NCBI RefSeq assembly: GCF_024521635.1
Contig: NW_026250405.1
Coordinates: forward strand, 1,426,001-1,490,000
Direction of reading: 5' to 3'
DNA from: Tricharina praecox
Taxonomy: Eukaryota
Length of the DNA: 64,000 nt
Positions 1 through 13,414 of the stretch are shown here, piece after piece. Position 1 is the stretch's first letter; every line of letters starts with the position of its first letter. Below the pieces are notes generated by a model. It worked only from the letters and a program-made list of their open reading frames with translations. It searched no databases and was not told where the DNA came from. Made by a program: the position numbers and the translations under genes.

Positions 1-1014
1 CCTTCATCGCTCACGCTTCCGCCACGGTCCCCGAAGAACGAGGGTTCATTGGGTGGTGGTGCGAGACTCCGCGCAACGAGCATCCTCAACAAGGTGGTTC
101 CCGCGAAATTACGGGCGAGCCTGAAGAGACGTATCTCCGGAACAAACGACATGTCTGCCCAGCCACCACCGCTCCAGCCAATAGACACGATGCCAACATA
201 TTCGGCAGTTATCGCCCCTGGTACACCGCCGGACGATTCCTTCGGGAGATGGCATGTGGAACAGCAGACATCCCTCCCTAGGGCTGAGGACAATTATAGC
301 CCGCTCTCATCTCCCGAGGCGATCCTGCCGCCTACACTTTTGCCCTCCTCCATATCGCCAAGGTCGCCTTGCGTCGAAACCGACTCCTTCTTCGCTTCAC
401 CGCTGCAGTCACCCAGAACGGTCGGCATGCCCGCTTTTGCAAGGATGGAATCGCTACCCGAAACACCCACGGATGTTGTCTGCAGCCCATTGCATCCTCC
501 GACCATCTCACCGCTAATGTCGCCATCGCTCGCGTCTACATCTCAAACGTCACTGGGTACGTGGGGAGGCCTGCTACATGCCCACAAGAAGGTGCCCAGC
601 ATAGACCCGGCAACATCATCGGCGCCGCGCAAACCAGCAGCCCCACTGACTCTGGTAACAGCAAACTCTCTCGCCGACATGATCGAGGAGATGCAGTCCG
701 AGATCGACGCATACGATGCCACGCTGGCCCGCATGGTCAGCAGCGGATGGTCGAGCCCCCAGGAGATCCGGAACGTTGAGCTCCAGCGAGAGGAGCACCG
801 GAGCACCTGGCAAACGCGCGTCAACGAATCCAAGAAGATGCTGGAAGGGATGCGGAGGACAGAGGTCAAATATTCGGCCATGTCGAGTGTTTCCAGCTTC
901 GACAGCTTTGGCAGCACACAGCAAGCAACGTCCAGCCAACTCACCTCTGTTACATCGCTACCAAATATCGATGCCTACAGCCATTCCGGTTCGGAACGCA
1001 GTTCACAAATCTAG
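1..1014 (+). CDS. 3' part of a hypothetical Ser/Pro-rich protein with a C-terminal predicted coiled coil (5' end outside the window)
   Basis: Frame 1 is open from base 1 to TAG at 1012-1014. The protein is S/P-rich, followed by the helical segment LADMIEEMQSEIDAYDATLARM...ESKKMLEGMRR. T-rich 3'UTR-like DNA follows. Confidence 0.7.
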   Translation, partial: PSSLTLPPRSPKNEGSLGGGARLRATSILNKVVPAKLRASLKRRISGTNDMSAQPPPLQPIDTMPTYSAVIAPGTPPDDSFGRWHVEQQTSLPRAEDNYSPLSSPEAILPPTLLPSSISPRSPCVETDSFFASPLQSPRTVGMPAFARMESLPETPTDVVCSPLHPPTISPLMSPSLASTSQTSLGTWGGLLHAHKKVPSIDPATSSAPRKPAAPLTLVTANSLADMIEEMQSEIDAYDATLARMVSSGWSSPQEIRNVELQREEHRSTWQTRVNESKKMLEGMRRTEVKYSAMSSVSSFDSFGSTQQATSSQLTSVTSLPNIDAYSHSGSERSSQI

Positions 1015-2154
1015 CCGCCGGCACATAGCCGCCGCGCCCCATCCAGCCACTCCCCCCCTCGCCGCCATGGATGGCGTTTACATTTCGCCTGTTTATAGAC
1101 TTTCCAATCGTATATACACCGCATTTCAGTTCTTATTTTCCCCCTGGTGACGGGATTACGATATTTATGATTCTTATTTCAACCAGCTTTTGTTTTACCA
1201 TTTGATGCTTTTACCCTACGGGGTCAAGCGGTGTTGTCTACTTTTGGGTTCCCTATTTCCTTGCAAGTCTGTATCGGTTCCTTTTCGACCGTTCTTTCCT
1301 TCTCGAAGTGGCGCATATCGGTTCAGGGTTTTTGTCTTTGTCTTTCGATTTCATTCCTTTTCCTTTCCTTTCCTTTCACGAAACGACTTTCTTTAACTTT
1401 TAAGGATATTCGTTTAACGGCTTCGGCTTTTGTTTTCCTTGTTGGTTGGTCGTTGGTCTGTTTTTTTTTTATTTTTGGGGTTTTTTTTTTGTTTTCGTAC
1501 CCCGGCCCCCGGGAGGACACCGACCGACCGACCGGACCGGTCACACAAAAAAGGGAATGGATTGGATTGGATTGGATGGATATATCACACTCATATTATA
1601 GAAGTTTTTTTCCGGTGTTTTTTTTCCTTTTCCTTTTCTTTGAAAGCCTTCTGAGAGTACAGTTTTTTATTTGTTTTTCGCCCATACCCTCGACTGAGCA
1701 GTTCTACTCTAAAAAAGGGACGGGGACGGATATGGACAGGATAGGGACAGGACCGGACAGGAGATCGAAATACCAGATACCAATTTTATTTTCGTTTTTT
1801 TCGTTTTTGTTTCTTTTTTTCGTTTGCTTTTTTGGCTCTGTTTGGTTACTTTTCCGGCGTTTCGAATGGAACTGGAGCTCGGGAGCTGGATGGTGCTGGG
1901 CGGTGGAGTGGATTGGAAGTGCAAACTGGACTGGACTTGGATACTTTGGATACTATAATGTTGGTCTTAAAGAAATAATTGCTTGTTCAACTCATTCAAC
2001 TGGGGATCGTCATTTCGTGAGGCTGCAAGACGATGATCGTAGGCTCGTAGGCTCGCAGCTGGCCGTTGTGGAAGTGTCGATGCGATTAAATTAACATGCA
2101 AAGGAATGCAAAAGAAAGTAAATACGAAGAAAAAGAAAAGGGAAAATGGAAAAA

Positions 2155-2242
2155 GGATACACTGGATACACTGGATACACTGGATACACTGGATACACTG
2201 GATACACTGGATACACTGGATACACTGGATACACTGGATACA
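2155..2242. repeat. Perfect 9-bp minisatellite (GGATACACT) x ~9.8
   Basis: Directly visible tandem array. Confidence 0.95.
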
Positions 2243-4487
2243 GCGAGCGGGATGATGCCCGCTGCTGCTGCTGCTGGTGCTGCTACTGCTGCTGCTGGTT
2301 GTGGTTGTGCTGCTGGTTGTGGTTGTGCTGCTGGTCGTAGGAGGGTGGTGGTGCGGCGGACACTCGATCTGCACGACTGCCTGCAAAACACAAGACGCAC
2401 AACTGCACGACTGACTGCAAGACGCAAGGCATCAAATGGTACCTGCATGTTCGTTTCTCACCCCGTACTCCGTCCTCCGCGTAAGGGGGACGGAGTACGG
2501 GGGGCGGAGTACGGGGGGGGACGGAGGATGCGGACACCACCACCACCACACATACACTGCGCAGTGCACAGTCACCCATCCATCCACACTGTACAGTTAT
2601 TTCTGCGGCGGCGGTGTGGTGGTGTGTGGTGGTGGTGGATCCACTGGAGCTCTGGAGCACTGGAGCACTGGAGCTCTGGAGCACTGGAGGCGGATACGTA
2701 CTCAACTCATGTACTTACTCAACTCAACTCATGTACATTGGTACATTGGTATACGCTACCCCACACGAACTGGCCTACCTACCTATATACTCTTGTCACG
2801 TCCGCGGAGAATGGATATGTACATTGTACATAAATACCGGTACGATCGTACGTGCTCAGCCCGATTGACGGGCGGGTGGGCGTCGGATGTGTGGTTGGGT
2901 GGGTGTGTGTGGGGGGGGGGGGGTTGTAATTTCCCGGACTCGGTGGGGTGGGATGTTGTGGGGTTCGTTTGAGGAATACATAACTGTGGGGGTAGGTATG
3001 GGGATAGGTGGGAGGTAGGTAGGTGGTTGCTACAGTAGTAGTTGCGGCGCGGGCACTCGACGGTATGGTACGGTATACAGGCGGGCGGGCGGGCGAATGG
3101 GTAGGCGGGCGAGTGGGCTCAAGCCTCAGAGTGTGTGTCAAAAGGAAACTGAACTGGCCTCGGAGTCGGCATCCCTTTCGGATTTCGGATTTCGGAGGTA
3201 CCGGCAGAGTAACATATGGGCTGTTGTTTCCTTCGAAGTATCTACTTATGCATAGCGAAAGACTTACGTATATAGAGCATCTACCTGTATACCGGTACGG
3301 GGTTGTGCACCGTGGTTTACTATGGTAGTTACAGGCAACTCCCTGCGCTGGACAGAAGTAATCCGCGCAAGGACTGTGGCCACTGCTGGCCAATATACGT
3401 ACCTAACGTATAATGGCCATGGATTATCGGCGATCGCGCCATTGCTGCCTGCACTGTGCAGTCCGTCTGCGACTCTGCGAGTCTGCGAAAGCTCGGAGTC
3501 GAGGGTATAGGAGGTGTGTACTAGAATAGATTTTCGAGGACTAGATACATAGTACATACTTCGACTCCTAAGTGTGGGGTGAGGTGTGGGGGGAAGGGGT
3601 GGGGGGTGGTGGGGGACACGTGATGTGATGCCTTCGAGTGCGAGTGTGTGAGGATCGGCTGGCTGGCTGGCTGGCTGTTGGATATAGATATCGATATACA
3701 GTGGAGTACTAGGACAAAAAGGATTGGACAGAGCCTGTCTTACACCAAAAACGGCCATTTTCAACCACCTATACAACAACCCGATCGTATCGAAAAATTT
3801 AGTATATTGGTGCTTCCATAGTGCTTCTATCATATCATAGTTAAAGGTATAAAAGTGGCCTGCGATGGGCCGATGGCGACATCTACTACCTGGTATGCCT
3901 ATATGCGCACCCCTCCCCATTCCACCCCACCCCCATGGGCACCAGATCATCCGCGGATCGTCTCCGGATCATCCGTGGATTGTCCGCGGAATGAAACTGC
4001 ATAACTACGGTTTTATGTACATACATGCCGTTGAGTCCATCCTGAGTTCGAGCTGGAGCTGGCGGGAATACCACTGCTCCGTACGTTCCGGCGATTCTCA
4101 CCGAGAGCTCCGAGAGCTAACGCACGTATGTACCGTAGGCATTGCAGCTGTGTACGTTGTTGTAGCCTGTGGATGGATCATAAGAGAAGCTCGTGGGATA
4201 GATACCATACACCACGTCCTACGGTATCAAGCATACATAGAGTCACGGTTAGTGTGTGCTACGAAATCCGGCGGCTCTCGTTGGCGTAGGCTGCGGGCGG
4301 ATAGATACGGCCCACCACACGGTTTGTAGCTGAGACTCCGAGAATGGGCTCTGGGGGAAGTCCGTGCCGGTTTTCCTGGGGACTAGGGACTGGAGACTGG
4401 CGTAGGGCTACGGGCGTACGGGAAGATGTCACGGCGAGGCGAGGCGGGTGTGAGGTGAGGCGGGTGTGAGACGGGTGTGAGACGGGT

Positions 4488-4558
4488 GTGGGGACGGTGT
4501 GGGGACGGTGTGGGGACGGTGTGGGGATGGTGTGGGAACGGTGGGGACGGTGGGACGG
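4488..4558. repeat. Imperfect G-rich 11-bp tandem repeat (GTGGGGACGGT)n
   Basis: Directly visible, about 6 degenerate units. Confidence 0.8.
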
Positions 4559-7398
4559 TCCGGTCCTATCGTGGCTGTCCGGTCCTGTCGTGGCTGTCGT
4601 GGCCAGGCCACGGGTACCTATTGCTGTCCTATAGATAGTTAAGAGAGCTTACAGCTTCTAAGGACACACATGTACTAGTACTACTCGCTATACTTGACTT
4701 CACATCAGCTATTGAGCTGCTATAGGTAGACATGTACCACGTCCTATCTGGTCCGGTCATGTGAGTTCCTGCTCGAACCCGCGCATAATAAGACACTGGG
4801 CACTGGGCACTGGGCAGGCACACGTACGGTGCCAAGTGGGGGTTTCGGAGCGCCAGGTTTGAAGTGTCTTCTCGAGTATTCGAATCCCACTCATCCGCAT
4901 ATATAGATTGGGGGGCTGAGACTTGGGAGGGCTCCCGGGGGGTCCGGGTTCGGCGTTGGACTCGGCGGAGCGGGATTAGCACTACGGTGGTTGTATACAG
5001 ACCGTGATCGGCTCGGCGTGCCGTGCAGATTCAACCTCCAGGTGTAGGTATCAGGAATTTACCTGTGAATACTCGAGTATTGTACCTACTTAGTTACATA
5101 GTTACATATACCCTCGCCGAACTTCTAAGGCCCACTCCCCACGCCACCACCCGGATACCTGCCAGCTTTCAAGTGGAACCTGTATCCTGTGTCTTTGCGA
5201 GTTGCGAGTGTCGAGTGAGTGCGTGGTGGTCACGAGCAGACCCGCGCGGACCCGTGCGGATAGGTACCTGTTCCGTACCATATTTTCGGGACAGAGACCA
5301 GACCAGACCACGCTTGAGCCCGAGCCCGCGACGTGTGCACTGTGAAATGTTGCAACTTGTCTCGCAACTCGGGAAGTTGGGATTTATCATCCCCACTGGA
5401 GCGGTCACGAGACGCCGACTGACTGGTACTGGCGGATGGGTACGTACATACATGAAGTAACAGGTAGGTACAAGGTAGGTACAAGGTAGGTAGGTACTTG
5501 CCTACGCGCCCAAGAGTAACTATCTGGGAATTCCGGACCATATTTTCGGGACGGACTGTCTGCTAGCGACTCCAATTGAGAGGTTGCCATTAGAGCTTGA
5601 GCGGTGGGGAGGGGGCTCGGAGGCGAGCGGACGATCATTGATCATGCCATACGGTACCGTATACGAGACTCCACTTTTTACCAGAGGGGATTGTGGATTG
5701 TAATTTGTGGGCACATCCTACATCCTACATACATCTTACAAACATCCGTCAATGGGCTGATGGACATTAGATCATGGCTAAAACGATAGCTCTATTGGTT
5801 ACTCTACCTACTCTACTTTATGATACCTACACGCTACCTACAGGCCACCTACCTACTCTACCTATCCCCGGTACCGTATGTATATTACAATAGTACGTAT
5901 GATAGTATAGGTAGTAGAGTGGCTTCCAGGCTTCCAGGCTTCCACTGTCCAGGCTTACACTCGATCTAGGCTTCCAGCGCCAACTTCAGTCTCCAATCCT
6001 GGATACACATATTTCCGTGCATACCTACAGTAGTCCGAACTCCGCGTGGCTAGACGCTGATAGTAACTAATCACCGTCCGGACTCCGGACTCCGCAGCAA
6101 AAGGCGAGCTTCGTGCCTCCGAGTATACATAGCCAGTATATATCTAGTATCTACATAGCCAGTCTATGGGTACTTAGGTAGGCAAAAAGGCGGCTGTAAG
6201 CCCGTAACAGAGTCTCTGGAGTCTGGAGCATCTGCCAGCCACGACTCACCACCATGGCACCGTCCATGAATTGAGTCAGGCAGGTTCTTCCCCATAGTGC
6301 ACACATGCCTCGAGCCCCGTGCGAGTGTGTGTGTGGGGAGGGACTCCACTCAGTCGTCTAGTGTCCAGTGACAAGGCGATAACTGCAATTCTATATGATC
6401 ATTGCCCATTGCCGCCTAATAACTTGAGGGGAGCCTACTAACCAAGTAGTTATTACAGAACAGCCTTTCAGGCTTCGCTATCCATTAGCTCAGCGATCCG
6501 TCCAGCCCTCACGATCATCGACGATCCCTCCCACGACTTGCCAGTCGCGTCGTTCCCTTTCCTTCCCCCTCGTTCCCTTCCCTTCCTCCTTGTTCCCCTC
6601 CTTCTCCTCCTCCTCTCCGCTATTGCTATTGCTATTACTTCCCCCTCGCCTCCCCCCGCACCGCCATGCATACCATAGGTACGATACTTGCTCCGCCCCG
6701 TTTGCAACCCACAAAACCCACAAAACCCACAAAACCCACAAACCCACGCGGATAGCCACCGGTACATACTTCTAGCCACCTCAGTGCTCACACAGTCGTG
6801 GTCGTGGTCGTGCACATGCCTCGTCACGCCCAGTAACGCCCAGTTAAGCCCACAAGCCCCAGGCCATATCATATCACGGGCCGGCGAGCCGGAGAGGAAG
6901 CCATACTGAGGGGACTCAGGGAGATTTATGATATAAGCCCCCCCCCCCCAATAGTTCCAAACCATAGAACAGCAATAACATGTCGCCCGCCGCTATATAC
7001 ATATAGGTAGATAGGTATACGCGTCTACCCATTTTTCCCTTTCCCACAGTCCTGGATAGGATACCATCAGGGGGGAGGTCGGGGGAGGGAGGAGAAGGCG
7101 TGAAACTCTCACACGGGTGCGAGCATGCGGTGCTCCAATGATTATGACATGGTTGGAAATTCCAGTCCGCGGGTGGTTACATTGATAGCACGAGTGATCA
7201 CTCGAGCCCCACCCACCAGTGCTCCACGGTCCACACCTAGTATCCGGTGGATTGGAAGGGGTTGCGTTACAGTAGGTTACAGTAAGTACTTATGTATGTA
7301 TGCTCTCTGGCTAGCTACACACATGACATGACAAGACATAGCAATACTACGGTACCTATTGCCCAATGCCCAAAGCCCCATGCCCAGCGCAGACGGAT

Positions 7399-8342
7399 TT
7401 AAAACATATCCTCGAGACTCTTATCAGCGTCGAGCTTGATAAGCTCCATCATTCCGTCGGGCATGATGGGCGTTCCCTTATCGTCCTTGACGTAGCGGAA
7501 CGGCATTTCGGTGCTCTCGTTCTTGTTGATCTGGAGGGTGGGGTAGTCGGCGTAGGGGATCTCGTCGAGTTTTTCTTTAAGCACGGGTTAGTTTTGTGAT
7601 GAGATGTGACGAGAGGGAGGAAAGGGGGGATACTCTTCTCTTCGATCACTATCCGCGTAACCCGCACTGCCGTGTCCGTCGTCATCTGCAGCTTTTGGAG
7701 GTTGCGCCCGGTGTAGCCGTATTTGCGGAGCTCGGCGGTACGGTCTTTGCTGGGTCGTAAGCAAGTGGAGCATTGCGGGCGGGTAGCAGCTACATACCCC
7801 TCGGCGGATCATCGCCTATATTTGCGCCACGGTATTAGCACGCCTCACGCCTCCCCGCATCCCATCCCATCCCGCCCCCTCCCCTCCCCTCCCCTCCCGC
7901 ACCTCCGCGCGCAGCGCCCGCAGTGTCAGAGCACATACCCAGAATCCCGCCAAACACGAACCAATCAAAGACGTCACCATCCTCAGGGGCGAGAGTTTTT
8001 TCCGCCTGGGGGTCCAAGAGACAGACGCGGTGTTTCGGCACACCAGAGAGGGTCTCGACGTCCTTCGTGGTAGCCACGAAGGACTCCCCCAGCTTCTCGG
8101 TAAGCGTGGCTGGAAGGTCTGCGGCCAGCGACGCCTGCAAAGACGTCAGGTAGAATACACTCCCCCGCCCCGCCGCGGCGGTCTCAGATGCGATCGCGAT
8201 GTACTCCAGTGTAGACCAGGCGCCCATTTCCGGCTCCATATCTGCCGGCCGGCCATGGGGATTAGAAAGGTGCGCGAGGGAAGAGAGGAGGAGGGGAGGA
8301 CACACGTTCTACGACATAGTTCTTTCCTGTAGCTGCCGACAT
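7399..8342 (-). CDS. SFM1: SPOUT-family protein arginine methyltransferase Sfm1 (DUF431), ~214 aa, 5 exons
   Basis: Exons 8342-8306, 8241-7939, 7815-7798, 7744-7634 and 7574-7399 splice in frame at GT..AG. Motifs: YVVEHMEPEMGAWSTLEY, VCLLDP, FGGILGDDPPRDRTAELR, QMTTDTAVRVT, ESTEMPFRYV. Confidence 0.9.
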
Positions 8343-9679
8343 GGTTTTTTTTTTTGCAACAGTTCGTTCGTTCGCTCGTCCGGGTTTTGTGCGCGCGGGA
8401 GAGAAGGAAGCAGAAGCGGAAGCAAACGTTAGGTTAATCGATCGTTTTAGCCTTTCCGCGTAAGTTAAGATCGGGCAGTTTGCGATTGACAGGCACAGCA
8501 GGCAGCGGGCAGCGGGCGGGCAGACCTACTGGTAGTGGTGGAGGACAGCGGTCGGCAGGTTCGATTCGCGGGCTGCGGGCTGCGGGGTGTGCGTGTGGGT
8601 GTGGTGGAAGAAAAACGAGCGAACCCCACCATGCATGGGAATCGGCCGGCATCTTTTCTTTTCCTTCCCTGCCTGCCTGCCGGCATCTTTTCCTGCACTG
8701 CCTGGCCTGCATCTCGGTTCCTACATAGATCCTAGTATCTAGCCGACCCCGGATCCCGATCCTGTTCCCGAAGCGAGGCCGGTAGTTGTTTCAATCTTTG
8801 TTCGTAACCTGAGCAATGCCGACATGACATGCGTATGCGTGCGGCAGATCCAGCGCTCGATCAACCGCCAGAAAGCAAGCCACACTCGGAAGCTCGGGGA
8901 CATGCGTCTCGTCTCATTAATGTTGGGTGAATGCGACCAGCGATGTTTCCCGGGGCAGAAAGGCAGAAGGGCAGAAACGTGATGTGACCGGTCGCAGCCG
9001 CCCTCGTTTCACGGCCTCCACTCACTTCACTGCAAAAATCAACCACCGGGCTCGCAAACCAATGGCCCGATAGAGTAACTAGGGGTAGGGCACTCGAGTT
9101 GCCTGCCTGGCATCCGGTCAGTCGGCCAGTCGGTAGATAAAGCTGCCGGTGCCTGGTCATCAATACCGGTACATACATGCATACATACAAGTCCCGGACG
9201 GACTGACTGACTGCAGACTCCAATCTCCAATCTCCAATCAATACACTGTACGTAAAACCAGCATCTGCCTGCCGCTGTTGCCGTGGCGATGGATGGAGCT
9301 TCGTGGCCGTATTCATAGAGGATACAATGAATGGCACGATGGCACGATGCGGCTCGTGAAAAACGAATGGACAAGGCGATTCGCCGATTCATGCCGACAG
9401 AATACGACGAGTCGATGACGAACAAATGATCCCAAATATAGTTCCGGCAGCAGGAACAATCATTGCCAATGTCCCGTCCCTTCCCCTCCTCGAGTCCTCC
9501 TCCTCTAAATTCTTGGACAGACATCCATGCCCAAAGCTTGAAAAAGCACCAAAGAAACCAAGGCAAACGTAATCTACAAATAGACATGAAAATACGTACA
9601 TAACATAAACTACCGATGCTAATACAGACCAAGCCCAAGACCAAGACCAACGAGCAAACAAACCATCCACGGGACCCAA

Positions 9680-11154
9680 CTAATATCGCTGCCTCTCCTC
9701 CGCCTGCCGATTCATCTCGGCCATGAAGCGCATCATAAACGCCTTCTCGACGATTGGGCTGGGGTACTTCTGTCCGCGACTCAGTCGTGGCCGATCTTCG
9801 AGGATGCTGTAATCAGGCCGGGATCGCGGCGTCTGTGACGACGCGATGGCGGGGCGTGTGTGTGCTGCCGGCGGGGTTTGTGGTGGTGGTAGCCGCGATG
9901 GCAGCGAATGGTCCTCGACGAGAGATAGTTTCCGCGGTCGGGTGCTGAAATACTCCGGTGCGGAGGAGGTGGTGGTGGGAGTGGCCGACTCGGGCGTCGT
10001 CGGAGTCGACGATGGTATTGGCTTCTCCGAAGTTGGTGTGGGTGTGGTGGTGGTTGTAGTAGTGGACTCTTTTCCTTTCCGTAGATTCACGATGCGGTGC
10101 TTCTTTTTTCTGCGGCCGGGGGTGCCGAGTGACATTGTGCTGCTACTCTGGTGCAGGCCGGGTCGGAGTGGCGAGTCCGCCATGGGTGTGCCAGCGGATG
10201 TTTGTGCTACCTGGTCCAGACTGCTCGGCGGTGTGGCGCGGTATATTACGCCGTTGATCGAGGGCGTGAACAGCGACAGCGTGGCTTGCGAATTCCGCAA
10301 CGTGTGCAGACACAACATGTTCTTTTCCGAAACCGACGGGGCATCCGCACTTTCTCCGGCAAAGAGAAGATCGAGATCCTCCTCGACATCCTCCTCCCCA
10401 TCCTCCACCGCCGGGAGCACTGTATTCTCATCTTTCACCGGAGCTCTTCCGTCTGGCTCCAGCAGTCGGAGGGACAGCTTGTACACTGCAAGCGGAAGCT
10501 CCTCCTGAAACACGCCACGGACCTGCCGCTCGATCTCTCGCTGCAGGTAGTCCTTTATGAACGGGATCGAGTCGAACGACGACTGCACCTTCATGGATTC
10601 GAGCGGATCGTTGCGAAACACCAGGGTTATTCCCTTCTCCTTGGAGAACACCAGGATCACGAATCCCGACAACTTGAATTCCGAGAGCGTGAGGCGGACC
10701 GGGATCGACAGCGGCGTGGCGGCCACCGCCAACGGATGCGGCGACGTGAAGTCGGGCGAGGTGGTCAGATACGTGCACAGCGGATTGATCTGCAGTGTCC
10801 GACGACGACGCGAAACAAGTCAGTCTCTTGTCTCTAAATATGCATATTTCTACAACTACCGGTATAGTACCGTACCTGAACTCTCGCCTTAACAGTGACC
10901 TGCGCATCGCCGGCGTACGTCATTCGAAACACGCCGCGAAACCTGTCCTCAGCGAGGTCTCCAATCTCGAGGACCTCGAGCTCCGGCGCGCTATGGCCAA
11001 GGTGCAGGTTCTCGACCGCGACATCTGAGTCCACGATCACAGACGACTTCGCAGACTTATTGAGCGCGAGCGTCAGGAGCTCTTTGGCATGCGAATAGAA
11101 CTCCGGCGAGCTCGCCGACGCGATCAGAGGCGTCCAGTTGAAATTAAAGGCCAT
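9680..11154 (-). CDS. MDM34: ERMES subunit Mdm34 (SMP domain), ~462 aa, 2 exons
   Basis: Starts MAFNFNW, with [20 protein letters not shown]. Intron 10875-10790 (GTACGG..CAG). Exon 2 has [42 protein letters not shown] and the basic [12 protein letters not shown] motif. Confidence 0.95.
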
Positions 11155-11969
11155 GGTGGCAGCAGCAGCAGCAGTAGGTAACTATCGCGGAGGCTTAAAG
11201 TAAAGGTAAGAGGTAGGTGTATAGGTGATTGGGAGTTGTAGTTAGGCGGGCTAGGCTCGCATCAGCCAGGCGTGGTGCTGTCGAACATGAACGAGAGGTC
11301 GTCCAGAGGCCGTTCTGTTGTATGTATTGTAGGTATTGTAAGGTGTCCTCCGAATTGTTTCGTTTTCGATATCGCTTCCTTCCTCTCTGCCCGACGGACG
11401 CCGATATTGCGCTTCTGCGATTGAGTAGGATTATTGGAGGAATGATACTGGCCACCGCAGGTTTTCAGTCAGAAGAGCTGCATGAACAGGGTTGGCTGGT
11501 TGCATGTGCCACGTGCCAACACGGAGCAGGTGCAGCCGGAGCCGTTGGGGACAGAGCCACAGTGTGGCACGGCCATTGTAGCAGTGGAAGAAGGTCACAT
11601 GGCAGGTTTGGCACCTTGGCGGGCACTAGGTTCGGAGCTTCAAAAGAGAGAGTCGTTGCGTAGAGTAGTCACCGTGCTCTACAGGCATCGGTGATTGATA
11701 AGATAATGTACATCTCCAAAAAGCTCGAGTGCTACATCATGAGCCAAACAACATCAACTTCCCCAGCCTCAACATACAATGGCCACCAACGAACGTCATA
11801 GAAAAATAATGACACCCCTTTTGTACAGATAACAACCATACCGCTAAATCCTTGGACGAGCCATCACGGCCCACATGAAAAAAAACAAGACACTCAGCCC
11901 GGAGAGCACGATGAGGCCAGAACAAAGAAGCAAGCTTTCCAAATCGTCCATCCCAAAAGCATACCGCTT

Positions 11970-13235
11970 CTACGCGAGCCTCGAAGATGCGGCTCTCTGT
12001 TCGCTGAAGTACTTCTCGCGAAAATACTCTGCTTGCGCTACCTCATACTCCGCTTCTAGTTCTTCGTTCACTTCGAGCTCGATGACTTCACCGGGTTTCG
12101 CACCTTCCACCCCGAGGCAATCTAGGTAATAAAGTCTGGTCTCACGTTTAGGGGGGGCTTGCCTGGTCGCCTAGGTTGCGTCGTGACGGGTCGGAGGCTG
12201 AGTCCGAGAGGTATACGCTGATGGCCATCGAGGGGGTCCAAATTTCTCCTCATGCAGCCGCTTCGCACTATCCTGAATGGAAACTATGTGGCGGCGAAAT
12301 TCGGAAGCCGAGTTATCGCTGGTTTTGACATACGCAAACAGGGCCAGATAGAGGGTGCTTTCCGCGATAAAACCTTTGTGGATGGCCGTAACGATCGTGT
12401 CTTCGTTGGTCTCTCCAGCCATGCGCAGAAGTGCGGTCTTATTGGTGGCATACTCGACAGGAGAACGTCCCTGGTCCCATGTGAAATGCTCTTTCCAAGC
12501 TTCCAGCTTCAGAATCTCCGGGGGTGGAAAGAAATCTTCACGCAATTTTCGGATCCAGAAGTCAGTGGAATCTCTGCGCTGCAGTTTCTCGAGGTCCGTC
12601 ATGCCCATTACCCATCGACGTGCCACGGTGCTCTGGCAACACCTAGGAAGCACTGCCAGTGTACTTGCTTCGCCATAGTTTGAGACTGCGTCGCGGATAC
12701 CGTCGATAAAATCCCGCGCCACCATTAGATCCGGCATCTCTGTAGGCTTGAAAATGCACACATCTTCAGGATCCAACGAAGTCCCGTGCAATACCTGAGT
12801 CGGATGCTGTTGCTGGGCCGGAAGGCTCGGACGCTCGTATCGTCCATTGAGCATGTCGACGAGAGATTCCATGCAGCGATCCTGGGCTGCTCGATCTGCC
12901 GCCATCTGCTGAGCGAGGTTGAGGAGAGCATCTATGGCCGTCGTGACGGAGGGTTGCTGCTGCTGTAGTGGCTAGGATAGGCGTAGGACTCGGAGTTCCT
13001 GGACGAGCTTATTTAGATAAGGGGATCTAGCCATAGCGAATGCGTCAGCTTCCATGGTGCTCTTATCGTTCGAATCGAAGTCGGTGGAGTAGGTTGCGGG
13101 TAATGGACGTTGCGGTGTTTCTGCAGATTCCGTCTCCGCCGCAATTGACGTAGAAGCTGAAAACAGCTGTCGATTGTACTGCCCAGTCAGGGAGTCCGCT
13201 CCGACAGTCGAAGAATGAGGAAAGGTCCTATACAT
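11970..13235 (-). pseudogene. Retrotransposon Gag-like reading frame (422 codons) interrupted by two in-frame TAG stops; no pol seen
   Basis: ORFs 13235-12972, 12905-12171 and the continuation 12170-11970 share one frame. The segments ARRWV, FWIRKLREDF and WDQGRSPVEYATNK...IHKGF resemble the Ty3/gypsy capsid and major-homology region. Intronless. Confidence 0.55.
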
Positions 13236-13414
13236 ACCTGTGAGGCTGCGGGGTGTGTGCTAGTGATGAGGATGTAACAGCTTCGCTACCTACTCTGATG
13301 AACAGCCGGTGCTTGCTGAGGAGTAGAGAAGAAGGTGCGAGTCTGCCTCTGAATAGCTGATTCGTTAACCGTCTGGTGAACAGCTGTAGCGGGGTACGAA
13401 GAAGTCGGAGGGAC

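Noticed and set aside
1231..2094. 287-aa Phe-rich ORF
   Set aside because: A product of T-rich 3'UTR-like low-complexity DNA; non-ATG start and no domain
2155..2242. CRISPR-like interpretation of tandem arrays (also 17366 and 18526)
   Set aside because: No unique spacers, units too short, eukaryotic context, no cas genes
2096..2833. 245-aa ORF with DTL repeats and overlapping repeat ORFs
   Set aside because: Open only because of mini/microsatellites; all frames give repeat peptides
8545..8585. GGTTCGATTC B-box-like motif suggesting a tRNA
   Set aside because: No acceptor, D or anticodon stems could be folded around it
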